Shown in pieces: positions 47,430-57,543 of a DNA stretch of 64,000 nt. Below the pieces are notes generated by a model that was not told the DNA's origin, did not search any database, and saw only the letters and a program-made list of their open reading frames with translations. Each line of letters starts with the position of its first letter. The first letter of the stretch is position 1. Source of the DNA: Flavobacteriales bacterium (GTDB taxonomy: Bacteria > Bacteroidota > Bacteroidia > Flavobacteriales_F > PHOS-HE28); NCBI GenBank assembly GCA_016718655.1, contig JADKCV010000018.1, forward strand, positions 19,009 to 83,008. The letters are read 5' to 3'. Made by a program: the position numbers and the translations under genes.

Positions 47430-49100
47430 ATGGACCTGTTCACCTCACTGGACCTTGGAAGCATCATCGGTTACGATCCGCGTGATCCGATCATCTTCAC
47501 CCGCGGCTTCTTCTGGGCTTTCTTCGCTGTTGTCCTTGCGGTGTTCGCGATGGTCTACCGGAGTCACGGACCACGGAGCTTGTGGCTCTTTGCTGTGAGC
47601 CTCTTCTTCTATTGGAAGACAAGTGGACTGTTCGTAGGTCTGCTCCTCTTTTCGATCGTTCTCGACCATCGTCTCGCGCTGTGGAGCGGAGCCACGGTGG
47701 ATCGTCGGCGCAAGCAACTGCTTCTGGCCTTGAGCGTAACGGTCAACCTTTCCATCCTACTCTACTTCAAGTATGCCACGTTCGTGGTGGAGAACCTGAA
47801 CGCCCTACTAGGCACCACCTTCGAGCCGGTGAACCTCCTTGCCCGTTGGGCCAATGCAGCATGGGATGCGCACTTCGTGGAGAACAAGATCCTGCTGCCG
47901 GTGGGCATCAGCTTCTACACCTTCCAATGCATGAGCTACGCCATCGATGTGTATCGAGGCGATCTTCGACCGGTGCGGAGGCTGGTGGATTTCGGCTTCT
48001 ACGTGAGCTTCTTCCCACAGCTTGTGGCTGGACCGATCGTGCGCGCTTCGGAATTCATCCCTCAGATCGAACGGCCTTACGCCTTGACCCGTGTGCAGTT
48101 CGGTCTGGCCGTGTTCTGGATCCTGAATGGAATGTTGAAGAAGATGGTCATCGGTGACCACATCGCGGTGAACTTCATCGACCGGGTGTTCGCCGACCCC
48201 CTGCGCTACACGGGCTTCGAGACCATGATGGCCCTGTTCGGCTATTCACTGCAGGTCTATGCCGACTTCAGTGGATACACGGATGTGGCGATCGGGGTGG
48301 CCCTCTTGATGGGGTTCACACTCACCAAGAACTTCAACAGCCCCTACAAGGCGACCAACGTGGGCGAGTTCTGGAAGCGCTGGCACATGAGCTTGAGCAC
48401 GTGGTTGCGTGACTACCTCTACATCCCCATGGGCGGCAACCGCAGTGGTTCGCTATTCTCCTGGATCATGCTGGGCATCATCGGAGCTGCGGTCATCCTG
48501 CTCACAGGCTGGTGGTGGTTGCCGGTGGTCTACTTGTCCGTGGTGGCCATGGTCACCGTACTGGCCAAGGTTGCGCCCGGCACACACGGCTTCATCACCA
48601 CCAACACCAACCTGATGATCACCATGCTCATCGGAGGCCTGTGGCATGGAGCCAGTTGGCTGTTCGTCATCTGGGGTGGCCTCAATGGTTTGGGCCTGGT
48701 GGTGTACAAACTTTGGAAACGCATCAGCCCTTGGGAGCATACACACCATTGGCTGGCCCATGCTTGGAAGGTCCTGATCACCTTCACGTTCATCACCTTC
48801 ACGCGGATCTGGTTCCGCAGTGATTCGCTTACCACCGCGGAACACATCCTTCATCAATTGGGAGGACCGTTCGGATGGGATGTCATCGGCGATGTGATCG
48901 TGGGCTTCAGGACCGTATTCACGTTGATGTGTCTTGGTATGATCATCCATTGGTTGCCCGAACGCTGGAAGGAGCGTTACCGCAACTGGTTCGCGGGTCT
49001 GCCGTTGTGGGCCATGGGCCTGTTCTGTGTGCTGGCCGTGGTCCTCATCCACCAAACAGTGACTGCGGACATGGTGCCCTTCATCTACTTCCAGTTCTGA
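47430..49100 (+). CDS. MBOAT family O-acyltransferase (AlgI/PatA-like)
   Basis: LPVGISFYTFQ, SFFPQLVAGPI, YADFSGYTD, NFNSPY, FWKRWHMSLSTWLRDYLYIP, GLWHG, FIYFQF. Confidence 0.95.
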   Translation: MDLFTSLDLGSIIGYDPRDPIIFTRGFFWAFFAVVLAVFAMVYRSHGPRSLWLFAVSLFFYWKTSGLFVGLLLFSIVLDHRLALWSGATVDRRRKQLLLALSVTVNLSILLYFKYATFVVENLNALLGTTFEPVNLLARWANAAWDAHFVENKILLPVGISFYTFQCMSYAIDVYRGDLRPVRRLVDFGFYVSFFPQLVAGPIVRASEFIPQIERPYALTRVQFGLAVFWILNGMLKKMVIGDHIAVNFIDRVFADPLRYTGFETMMALFGYSLQVYADFSGYTDVAIGVALLMGFTLTKNFNSPYKATNVGEFWKRWHMSLSTWLRDYLYIPMGGNRSGSLFSWIMLGIIGAAVILLTGWWWLPVVYLSVVAMVTVLAKVAPGTHGFITTNTNLMITMLIGGLWHGASWLFVIWGGLNGLGLVVYKLWKRISPWEHTHHWLAHAWKVLITFTFITFTRIWFRSDSLTTAEHILHQLGGPFGWDVIGDVIVGFRTVFTLMCLGMIIHWLPERWKERYRNWFAGLPLWAMGLFCVLAVVLIHQTVTADMVPFIYFQF

Positions 49101-49114
49101 GGACCTCTTCGTGA

Positions 49115-51094
49115 TCACTTACGCACCGGCGGGAAGAAGAACACCCACGGGTGCCGTTTGAAGTGTTGCCAAGCTGCACCTGCGATGGGCATCACCTCAC
49201 CAAAGGCAACACCCCGTGAGCGGAGTGCAAGGACCATGGAAAGACCGAAGCTGACCAGGAAATTGAACAGCCCGATGAGCCCGATACCCAATACCGGAAC
49301 GATGACCATGGCCGGGGTTACGTGCCAGTCCATCCCCACCAATCCCAACCCAAGGTTGCCTGCAGCGAAAGTGATATGCCTGATGTCCAGTGGTAGTCCG
49401 AAAAAAGCCCCGACCATGCCCACGGAGCCCATGAACACCGCGAACCAGAAATTGCTGATGATGCCCCCTGCATTGGCTTCATAGTATGCTGCCAGCGCTT
49501 GACGCCGCTTTGCGGGTAGAAGCAATTTGAGCACCGGATGAGCGGCGATGCGTTGGGGCACCCGGGCATGCTTGGACCGATTGGAGACGCTGCCTGCGAT
49601 GATACCGGAGAGGAACAGGAATACCCCGGCCAAGGCAGCATGCGGGATCGCCAGTGACCGGAAGGGGTCCAGTTCATGGATCATTTTCCCGGCTTTATGC
49701 GCGAAAAGCTCGGGGCCGAAAAGCGTATTCCATCCATACGCAAGACCAACCGCGACCGGAAAAGCCATCACCACGTTCCCCACAAAGGCGATGAATTGGG
49801 ATCGCCACACCCGGGCCAATAGGTCGACAAGGGCCGCATAACGTTCCGCAGAAGGTGCCTGCCGACCTTCGTCGAGCGTGGCAGCGATGGTGGCCGCGGT
49901 CATGGCCGGTTGTTTGGTGGCCAATGTGAGATGCAACAGGTAGATCCCGATGAAGGCCCATGCGTAGTTCAAGCTGTACAGCATGGCATGGCCAAAGGGA
50001 CTGGCCTCCAGTGTACCTGCCCACGCTTTGAGAACACATGCCAAGGCCACCAACGCCCCCCCACCCAAGGCCGTCCGCAACATGTGTCCGTATTCACCGG
50101 AGGTGGAGGTGATGTAGTGCTCTCCCGCACGACCGGCATGGCCAGTGATCTCGCGGGCCACGACCTGTGTGGACCGGTCGATGAACCCGAGCACATGCGT
50201 ACTACCTGCACTGAGCCTGACCAACTCACGGAGGAGCTGGACCTGTTTGCTGCGCTGAGCGCGGTCGGGATCGATCACCAGCAAGCCCAATACCTGCTCC
50301 ATTCGGTCCAGTAGCCGCTCCAGGATGATCAGTTGTTGGTTCGCCGAGAAGCCCATGCCGAGTTGCTCGGTATTGGCATAGGCCCGTTCGATGAACGTTC
50401 TGCATTGGCCCAGTAGGAGCAACACATGGCGATAGCCTTCGTCCTGATGATCACGAGAGCGTTCGCCCAACCGCACACGCGCGATGTGATCATCCATCTC
50501 ATCGGCCAAGGCAACGAACGGATTGTCGAGGTTCTCATAGGTGGGTACCATCCGCATGACCTCATCCTCGAATGCCTTACCCGCTGCACGCAGACCCAGT
50601 ACTTGCAAGGCAAAGACGAGCTCCTCCACGTGCCAGCGAATGGAACCTTCATCGTTCAACAGCTCCAAAAGGTCCAGCAGCCGCACCAGGTCCTGTTCAT
50701 CCAAGCAATCCACCCATTCCGCATCCCGCTCACGGAAGAACACGTTCACCAGGAGGTGATCGCTGGTACCTTCCTCGGGCTGCGGCGGTAGTACCTTGTA
50801 AACCAAGCGCCGCTTCAACTCCCGCCAGAAAGCACCGCCAGGAATACCCGCATCGGTGAAGGTGCGGTGGAACCGCATTCCGGAGGTGAGCCTTCGCAGG
50901 TAGTCGGCTAGCCCGGCCCGAAGGCCTTGATCCTGCTCCAAAAGAGCGATCAAGTGCTTCACGCGTGCGGATGCATCTTGCGGTCGACGGGAGGAGGGCC
51001 GTATGGCCTCGACCAATTCTGCAAGCAGATCGATATCGTGGCCTTGGTGCCGGGCGATGGCAAGCAGCACATCGAGCAAGTGTGAATGGGCCAT
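49115..51094 (-). CDS. Gcr/'site-specific recombinase' family integral membrane protein
   Basis: LVYKVLP, GEHYIT, SLNYA, LATKQPAMTAA, RSQFIAFVGNV, GLPLDIRHITF; multi-TM C-terminal half. Confidence 0.85.
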   Translation of the reverse strand: MAHSHLLDVLLAIARHQGHDIDLLAELVEAIRPSSRRPQDASARVKHLIALLEQDQGLRAGLADYLRRLTSGMRFHRTFTDAGIPGGAFWRELKRRLVYKVLPPQPEEGTSDHLLVNVFFRERDAEWVDCLDEQDLVRLLDLLELLNDEGSIRWHVEELVFALQVLGLRAAGKAFEDEVMRMVPTYENLDNPFVALADEMDDHIARVRLGERSRDHQDEGYRHVLLLLGQCRTFIERAYANTEQLGMGFSANQQLIILERLLDRMEQVLGLLVIDPDRAQRSKQVQLLRELVRLSAGSTHVLGFIDRSTQVVAREITGHAGRAGEHYITSTSGEYGHMLRTALGGGALVALACVLKAWAGTLEASPFGHAMLYSLNYAWAFIGIYLLHLTLATKQPAMTAATIAATLDEGRQAPSAERYAALVDLLARVWRSQFIAFVGNVVMAFPVAVGLAYGWNTLFGPELFAHKAGKMIHELDPFRSLAIPHAALAGVFLFLSGIIAGSVSNRSKHARVPQRIAAHPVLKLLLPAKRRQALAAYYEANAGGIISNFWFAVFMGSVGMVGAFFGLPLDIRHITFAAGNLGLGLVGMDWHVTPAMVIVPVLGIGLIGLFNFLVSFGLSMVLALRSRGVAFGEVMPIAGAAWQHFKRHPWVFFFPPVRK

Positions 51095-51192
51095 GGGGGG
51101 AAGTTAGGTCCGCTTACTTCACCGAACTGCGTTGATCAACTTCCATCGGTCGCGTTCACACGTCGGAGCAGAGCGCGAACTTCGCCACCGCA

Positions 51193-52263
51193 ATGGCAAC
51201 TCACCTCGTAACCGGCGGCTGCGGATTCGTTGGCCGCAACATGGTCCAGCGACTCTTCAACACCACCGCTGACCGGATCCTGGTCATCGACGACCTCAGC
51301 GTAGGCACCCACCCCGATACCTGGGCGCCTTGGAAGTGCAATGGCGTGGACCGGGGCCTCACTGTGTACGGCGATGGGCGTGTGCTCTTCCTACAGGCGG
51401 ATCTGCGCGACGTGCTTCGCGAACTGAACAAGGATGCTGGCTACTTCAACAAGCAGTACGGTCTGGACGTCACGAACTTCCGCGACATCTTCCACTTCGC
51501 GGCCATCGTTGGCGGTCGCAGCAAGATCGACGGCGATCCCATGCTGGTGGCGCAGGACCTCAGCATCGATGCGGAGCTCTTCCTCTACGTGTGCCGCCAC
51601 AAGCCACACCGCTTCCTCTACCCCAGCAGCAGCGCCGCCTACCCCATCGACCTGCAGACCGAGAGCAACACCCTCAAGTTGAAGGAGAGCGACATCGACT
51701 TCAAGAAGATGGGCGAGCCCGACATGACCTACGGCTGGAGCAAGCTCACGGGCGAGTTCCTGGCCAAGATCGCGGCCAGCCACTACGGCGTGCATGTCAC
51801 CTGCATCCGCCCCTTCAGCGGGTATGGCGAGGACCAGGACCTCTCCTACCCCGTGCCCGCCATCGCCGCGCGTGCCGCCAAGAAGGAGAACCCCTTCGAG
51901 GTCTGGGGCACCGGCAAACAGGGCCGCGACTTCGTCCACATCGACGACGTGCTCGACCTCACGCTCCTTGCCATGGACAAGATCAGCGACGGCAGGGCCA
52001 TCAATATCGGCATGGGCAGGCTCACCAGCTTCCTGGAACTGATCGAGGTATTCACCGGCTTCGCGGGATACAAACCCACCATCAAACCCTTGCTCGACAA
52101 ACCTGTTGGTGTACACAGCCGCTACTGCGACATGACCTGGGTGGAGGAGAACCTCGGGTGGAAGGCGAAGATCAGTATCGAGGAAGGGATGCGCCGGGTG
52201 TATGAGGCGGCGTTGAAGAAGAGGAGGCCGGGTGCCGGCCCGGGCAGACGGACCTGGACATGA
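51193..52263 (+). CDS. NAD-dependent epimerase/dehydratase (extended SDR, nucleotide-sugar)
   Basis: VTGGCGFVG, FHFAA, PSSSAAY, YGWSK (YxxxK), WGTGKQGRDF. Confidence 0.92.
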   Translation: MATHLVTGGCGFVGRNMVQRLFNTTADRILVIDDLSVGTHPDTWAPWKCNGVDRGLTVYGDGRVLFLQADLRDVLRELNKDAGYFNKQYGLDVTNFRDIFHFAAIVGGRSKIDGDPMLVAQDLSIDAELFLYVCRHKPHRFLYPSSSAAYPIDLQTESNTLKLKESDIDFKKMGEPDMTYGWSKLTGEFLAKIAASHYGVHVTCIRPFSGYGEDQDLSYPVPAIAARAAKKENPFEVWGTGKQGRDFVHIDDVLDLTLLAMDKISDGRAINIGMGRLTSFLELIEVFTGFAGYKPTIKPLLDKPVGVHSRYCDMTWVEENLGWKAKISIEEGMRRVYEAALKKRRPGAGPGRRTWT

Positions 52264-52369
52264 CGCTTCGTGTCGTTCGAGAACAGGCCTCCTGAAGCGC
52301 TGATCGAACAGCTTGTGGACGATGGTTTTCAACCGCATTTCATGAAATCGCCGTGCTCTGTAGAAGAAG

Positions 52370-53656
52370 ATGAGTAACCCCCACATCATCTGCTTCGGCC
52401 CAGGCCCCAAATTCAAGGGCGGCATAGCGCAGTACAACACCGCGTTGGCGCGTGCGCTGAAGGATGAAGGGGCACAGGTCACCATCGTCAGCTGGACGCA
52501 ACAGTACCCGGCGATCATCCCACGCGAATTCGTGGACAAGGCCAGCCGCAGCGACTTCCTGGAGGGCTATGACATCCCGGTGAAGTACCTCACCAACTGG
52601 AACGACCCGCGCACCTGGGGCGCCACCGCGAAGGCCATTGCCGCGCTGAAGCCGGACAAGGTCATCATCCAGTGGTACAACCCCACGCAGGGCATTCCGC
52701 TGAACAGCATCGCCAACTACCTGCGCAAACACACGAAAGCAGAGATCCTCTTCGACCTGCACTTCGTGGCCGCCAAAGAGCAGAGCAGCCTGGACGCACG
52801 GCTCACCCGCTTGGCGCTTCGGCACGGGCACAGCTTCATCGTTCACGCTTACAAGACAGCGGAGGAACTGAAAGCACTATTCGCTGGGGAGGAATTCAAC
52901 TTGACGTTGGATGGCGCGCGGGGAATACGGGCGCGAGATCTCGCGCCCCAACGCGCCATTCTGAAACTCTACCACCCCATCTACACCCTCTTCAAACCCG
53001 ACCCCTCCTTCGACAAAGAGGCTTGGAAAGCACAGCACCACTTGCGAAAACACGTCTTCCTCTTCTTCGGCTTCATCCGCAAATACAAGGGGTTGCATTA
53101 CTGCATCGAAGCTTTTGCGGAACTCGCCAAGCAGCGCGACGATGTGAGCCTGATGATCGTGGGTGAACGCTTCTGGCAAACGGTGGACCAGAGCAAGCTG
53201 AGCACCAAGTTGAAGAACGCGGTCTTCGGCACGGTGAAGAAGCTCTTCCTGAAAAAGGCCGACGACGAGCGCGACTACGATCCGTTGGCGATGATCGCCC
53301 AATTGGGTCTACAAAACAGAACACTCGTGGTGGATCGCTTCATCCCGAACGAGGAGGTGCCGCCCTACTTCCAAGCGGCGGACACCATCGTCCTCTTCTA
53401 CGAGACCGCTACGCCCAGCGGGGTCGAGAGCCTCAGCTACAACTTCAAGTTGCCCGCCGTTGCCACACGGGTGGGGCACTTCCCTGAGACCATCACCGAT
53501 GGCTTCAACGGCTACCTCGCCGAACCGAAGAACATCGCCGACATGGTGCGCGTGATGAACGCGAGCATTGATCGGCCGATCCCGCGAGAGAACGTGGTGG
53601 AAGCCACCAAGAACATGAGCTGGGCGAATTATGCGAAGGCAGTGTTGATGGGTTGA
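52370..53656 (+). CDS. Glycosyltransferase family 4 (GT-B)
   Basis: GGIAQY, LFFGFIRKYKG, FIPNEEV..YFQAAD, PSGV, VATRVG, GFNGYL. Confidence 0.9.
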   Translation: MSNPHIICFGPGPKFKGGIAQYNTALARALKDEGAQVTIVSWTQQYPAIIPREFVDKASRSDFLEGYDIPVKYLTNWNDPRTWGATAKAIAALKPDKVIIQWYNPTQGIPLNSIANYLRKHTKAEILFDLHFVAAKEQSSLDARLTRLALRHGHSFIVHAYKTAEELKALFAGEEFNLTLDGARGIRARDLAPQRAILKLYHPIYTLFKPDPSFDKEAWKAQHHLRKHVFLFFGFIRKYKGLHYCIEAFAELAKQRDDVSLMIVGERFWQTVDQSKLSTKLKNAVFGTVKKLFLKKADDERDYDPLAMIAQLGLQNRTLVVDRFIPNEEVPPYFQAADTIVLFYETATPSGVESLSYNFKLPAVATRVGHFPETITDGFNGYLAEPKNIADMVRVMNASIDRPIPRENVVEATKNMSWANYAKAVLMG

Positions 53657-53738
53657 ACCAGTGCGGCGCAACGACGCCACATGGATGAAGCGGAAGTATG
53701 GAGGCCTTGTGTTGAGATCATCTTGCGTAGCTTTCGGT

Positions 53739-54272
53739 ATGAACACCATGCTACGCCCCGTCGCACTTTCAGTTCTCGGCATGCAGGGATTATTGATCTC
53801 TGCGCAGGAGATCGAGTTCGATCAAGGCAACTGGCGATCACAGGGAGCTGAATATCAAAGGCGCTTGATCACTGTTTTGCAGAACGAAGAACGGGTCGAC
53901 ACGATGTACACGGAGGATCTGAGCACTGGTGAACTGGAAATGGTCGTCGAACGACATCCCTTGGCCCGGTATGAATACTTCACGGTCAATGATCCTGTTC
54001 CTGCCCTGCGTCGAAGGATCGATATTCGTCAGCAGGAGATCTCTGATACCACTTACGTAGAAAGGATCGAGGGTGGCGAAATGGTCATGGTTGTTCAAAG
54101 GATCATCAAGGACATCCCCAACGGCACGTATCAGGAGTTCTACCCCAATGGTATGATCCGCATCACAGGCGCGTTGGATGGTTACAAGCCCGACGGCACG
54201 CTGAAAAAGACGGGCACGTGGATGGAATGGGATGCCGCTGGGAACGTCATCCGCGAGGAACACTACCCGTAG
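53739..54272 (+). CDS. Secreted hypothetical protein with MORN-variant-like C-terminal repeats
   Basis: Signal-like N-terminus; PNGTYQEFYPNG...G...KKTGTWMEWDAAGNVIREEHY. Confidence 0.65.
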   Translation: MNTMLRPVALSVLGMQGLLISAQEIEFDQGNWRSQGAEYQRRLITVLQNEERVDTMYTEDLSTGELEMVVERHPLARYEYFTVNDPVPALRRRIDIRQQEISDTTYVERIEGGEMVMVVQRIIKDIPNGTYQEFYPNGMIRITGALDGYKPDGTLKKTGTWMEWDAAGNVIREEHYP

Positions 54273-54275
54273 ACC

Positions 54276-54956
54276 CTACTCGATCGTCACCGTACCGCGC
54301 GCCTCCACCTCCCAAATGCGCCGTCCACCAGCGGAACCGTCGGACTGCTGGATGCTCATGGTCTTTGTGCGTGTGAGGTAGAGATCTGCCGTGCCCGTGG
54401 TGAGGTTGGTGAAGAGCGAGACGGGCAGTTGAATGCTCTGGGTGCCCATGACGGAGACGTTCACTTGGGAGCTGCTGGTGCTGCCCTGTTTCAGTTCGGC
54501 GCTCACGGTCTCCCCGCTTTCCAAGGGCCTGCCGGACCAGAACACCTGCCCTCCGTTCAATTGGGAAAGGACCACGCCGTTGGGTACGTTGATGTCGTTG
54601 GTATCCGCCCGCGAGATGGTGTTCAGGAAGGTGCCGCCCCCTTCCTTGGTGTAGCGGAACACGCCGTCCACCCTGCCTTCCGTGCTCCAGCGGTAGAAGT
54701 AATTATCCAGCTCGGTATACGTGGTGTGGGCCGCGTTGTTGAAGGTGATGGAGGAGCCGCCGGTCAGTTGAAGGTGCATTCCCAGGCTGCTGCTCTTGCG
54801 GAAGGTGGCATAGGCCCTCGTCCGGTTGTCGGGCTTGTCGTAAAGCACCTTCAGGTCCTGGTACACCGGCGTGGAGACAGGCAGGTCGTCACTCTCCTCC
54901 TTGGCACAGGCGGTAAGCAGCAGTAGTGGGGCCAACACGGCAATGCGGGTACGCAT
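54276..54956 (-). CDS. Hypothetical lipoprotein
   Basis: MRTRIAVLAPLLLLTAC lipobox; beta-rich body. Confidence 0.7.
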   Translation of the reverse strand: MRTRIAVLAPLLLLTACAKEESDDLPVSTPVYQDLKVLYDKPDNRTRAYATFRKSSSLGMHLQLTGGSSITFNNAAHTTYTELDNYFYRWSTEGRVDGVFRYTKEGGGTFLNTISRADTNDINVPNGVVLSQLNGGQVFWSGRPLESGETVSAELKQGSTSSSQVNVSVMGTQSIQLPVSLFTNLTTGTADLYLTRTKTMSIQQSDGSAGGRRIWEVEARGTVTIE

Positions 54957-55167
54957 GGTGAACGGGTCTTGGTGTGAACCGCAGGCAACAAGTGTACCGA
55001 TCCGCACTCCATCCCCGGCACAGGGCTACTCGGCGGGAAACCAAGGGCTTCCATCGACGTAGAACACCATCGCATGAGAATGATCGTTAGCTTCACGACC
55101 CCGCTGACGTCCTGCGAACTGGAACCTCGCATAAAGGGACGGTAGTGGAATAACCTGCTACGGAACA

Positions 55168-55821
55168 ATGGTGAACCCACCAATGCTCTTGGTCTTCCTT
55201 TTGTCCTGGCTCTTCGCTGGGGATCCCGGTGTCGCGCCCATGCCGGCACCTCTTCCCGGGTTGGCCGAGGATGCCACGCGTTCGGAAGCCATGGAGCTTT
55301 ACCACGATGTGGGACTGGCCGGAGAGGTGGCCTCTGAAGTGTTCGTGAAAGCCTACGCCCGTATCAGTGGCATGGCTCCGGCCCGCATGCTGGCCATCGC
55401 GGACATGACCCAACCCAGCACGTCCAAGCGACTGTACATCATCGACCTGGACCGGAAGACCTTGGTGCTTCGTACTTGGGTGGCTCACGGACAGGGCACC
55501 GGTGAACTGATGGCCCGGCATTTCAGCAATTCCCATGGCTCGCACCAGACCAGCCTCGGCCTGTACCGTGTTGGGGCCGAGATCGTGAGCCCCAAGCATG
55601 GCCCGGCATTATTGCTTCATGGATTGGACAAAGGCACCAACGACCAGGCATTGGCCCGCGAGGTGATCATGCACGGTGCGGACTACGTTAGTACGACGTT
55701 CATCGCCCAACATGGCCGCTTGGGCCGCAGTTGGGGTTGCCCTGCCGTGAGCCGCGACCAGATGGCCCGCATGATCGAATTGCTCGCCGATGGCGGCCTG
55801 CTCTACGTGCACGGGAACTGA
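55168..55821 (+). CDS. Murein L,D-transpeptidase catalytic-domain family protein (YkuD_2-like)
   Basis: IADMTQPSTSKRLY, WVAHG.GTG, FSNSHGSHQTSLG, MHGADYV, GRSWGCPAV. Confidence 0.9.
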   Translation: MVNPPMLLVFLLSWLFAGDPGVAPMPAPLPGLAEDATRSEAMELYHDVGLAGEVASEVFVKAYARISGMAPARMLAIADMTQPSTSKRLYIIDLDRKTLVLRTWVAHGQGTGELMARHFSNSHGSHQTSLGLYRVGAEIVSPKHGPALLLHGLDKGTNDQALAREVIMHGADYVSTTFIAQHGRLGRSWGCPAVSRDQMARMIELLADGGLLYVHGN

Positions 55822-55851
55822 TCCGCACGAAGACCGCACCTTTGTGGTCCC

Positions 55852-57510
55852 ATGTTCCGTCCCCTTCCTCTCCTCGTGGTCCTGTTGATCGGCGCCACCG
55901 CTTGTACAACTGTGGACGTGCCTGCGGATACCAAGGACCTGGAGGAAAAGACCAAGGACATCAGCGCGGTATTCGAATCGAAGGAGGCCTACAGCGTCCT
56001 CCGGCTGGACAGTTCGGATATAGAAGCCTTCCTGGACAACTTCCCGAGCTATCGCACGGACACGGTCGGTATTCGTAATTTCTACCATCGTCGTAAATAC
56101 CAATACGCATGGTTCGTCAACGACTCCTTGTCCCAATCGGCACTGGCCTTCTTCGATCTCGTGAATAGTGCCGATACGGCCTTCGCGGCAGTGCGTGCCC
56201 TGCGGGACCGGATGCGTGAACTGTTGCAGACCACCAAGGCGGATGGCCGGAACATCGCACTCTGCGACAGTTGCCAACTGCACCTCGAACTCGCGCTCAC
56301 GGCCCAATTCTTCGGGTTCGCAGACAAGAAGTATGGCGGGGTGGTAGGCAAGGACCTTCGCGAGCTCGACTGGTTCATCCCGCGTCGAAAGAAGGATGTT
56401 TCCCGACTGATCGATTCCCTCGCTGCGGGTCACATGGACCTTTCGCCGTGGGAGCCCGTGCATCCCCAGTACCGCTCGCTCAAATCCCAGCTTCGCCACT
56501 ATCACCTGTTGGACAGTCTTTCCGACTGGACACCGATCAGCCTTGGAGAATTGCGGAAGCTGGAACCGGGCCAGCGCAATGTCATCGTACCCGACCTACG
56601 GCAACGTCTACTGTTGTTGGGCGACCTCACCACCACCGGCGACACCCTTTACCTGAACAGTAAGGACTACGACAGCACCCTGGTCCTTGCCGTGCAGCGC
56701 TTCCAAGAGCGGCACGGCCTTCACCCGGATGGCGTGGTGGGCAAGGGTGTGGTGGCAGCCATGAACGTGCCCCCGAGCGAGCGATTGCGCACCCTGTTGG
56801 TGAACATGGAACGACTTCGATGGGTACAGGAGGAGTATGCCCCGGATCAGGTCCTGGTGAACATCCCGGAGTTCCGGATGCACGTCTTCGAAGAAGGCCA
56901 CGAAGTATTGAGCATGGACGTGGTCGTGGGTACAGTGGCCACGCGTACCGTGATCTTCAGCGATTCCCTATCACAGATCGTTTTCAGCCCCATATGGACC
57001 ATTCCCCAGAGCATCGTCCAAGGCGAGATCCTGCCATCCATGGCGCGCGACCCCAACTACCTGCGGAAGAAGAACATGGAGAAGATCGGTGGAAGCACGA
57101 CGAACCCGATCATCCGCCAACGACCGGGTGCTGGCAATGCCTTGGGTCGGGTGAAGTTCCTTTTCCCCAATAGCTACAGCATCTACTTCCACGATACCCC
57201 GAGCAAGGGAGGGTTCGCTCGCGAACAGCGCGCATTCAGTCACGGCTGCATCCGATTGAGCCAGCCGGCTGCACTCGCCGAATACCTGCTGCGCAACGAC
57301 ACCACATGGACACCGACGAAGATCAAGGAGGCCATGTTCAGTGAGCAGGAGAAATATGTGCGACTGCCGAAGAAGAGGCCCGTCACCATCGGTTACTTCA
57401 CGAGCTGGGTGGACGAAAAGGGTGCTTTGCATTTCAGGGAGGATGTCTACGGTCACGATGCCCGCCTGGCCAACGAGCTCTTCGACGAGCCGAGCCCCCT
57501 ACCCTTGTGA
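55852..57510 (+). CDS. L,D-transpeptidase, YcbB/LdtD-like lipoprotein with a peptidoglycan-binding domain
   Basis: GATAC lipobox; AVQRFQERHGL.PDG; NMERLRW; VNIPEF; NALGRVKFLFPN; FHDTP...AFSHGCIRL. Confidence 0.92.
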   Translation: MFRPLPLLVVLLIGATACTTVDVPADTKDLEEKTKDISAVFESKEAYSVLRLDSSDIEAFLDNFPSYRTDTVGIRNFYHRRKYQYAWFVNDSLSQSALAFFDLVNSADTAFAAVRALRDRMRELLQTTKADGRNIALCDSCQLHLELALTAQFFGFADKKYGGVVGKDLRELDWFIPRRKKDVSRLIDSLAAGHMDLSPWEPVHPQYRSLKSQLRHYHLLDSLSDWTPISLGELRKLEPGQRNVIVPDLRQRLLLLGDLTTTGDTLYLNSKDYDSTLVLAVQRFQERHGLHPDGVVGKGVVAAMNVPPSERLRTLLVNMERLRWVQEEYAPDQVLVNIPEFRMHVFEEGHEVLSMDVVVGTVATRTVIFSDSLSQIVFSPIWTIPQSIVQGEILPSMARDPNYLRKKNMEKIGGSTTNPIIRQRPGAGNALGRVKFLFPNSYSIYFHDTPSKGGFAREQRAFSHGCIRLSQPAALAEYLLRNDTTWTPTKIKEAMFSEQEKYVRLPKKRPVTIGYFTSWVDEKGALHFREDVYGHDARLANELFDEPSPLPL

Positions 57511-57543
57511 TCGTCCGACCCGATCTTGAGCGGCAACACCGAC

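Noticed and set aside
49115-51094. 'Site-specific recombinase' as a mobile element, or as the enzyme acting on the ATPase-flanking sites
   Set aside because: The Gcr family label is historical. The protein is multi-TM and shows no tyrosine (R-H-R-Y) or serine recombinase motifs, and has no att-like flanks.
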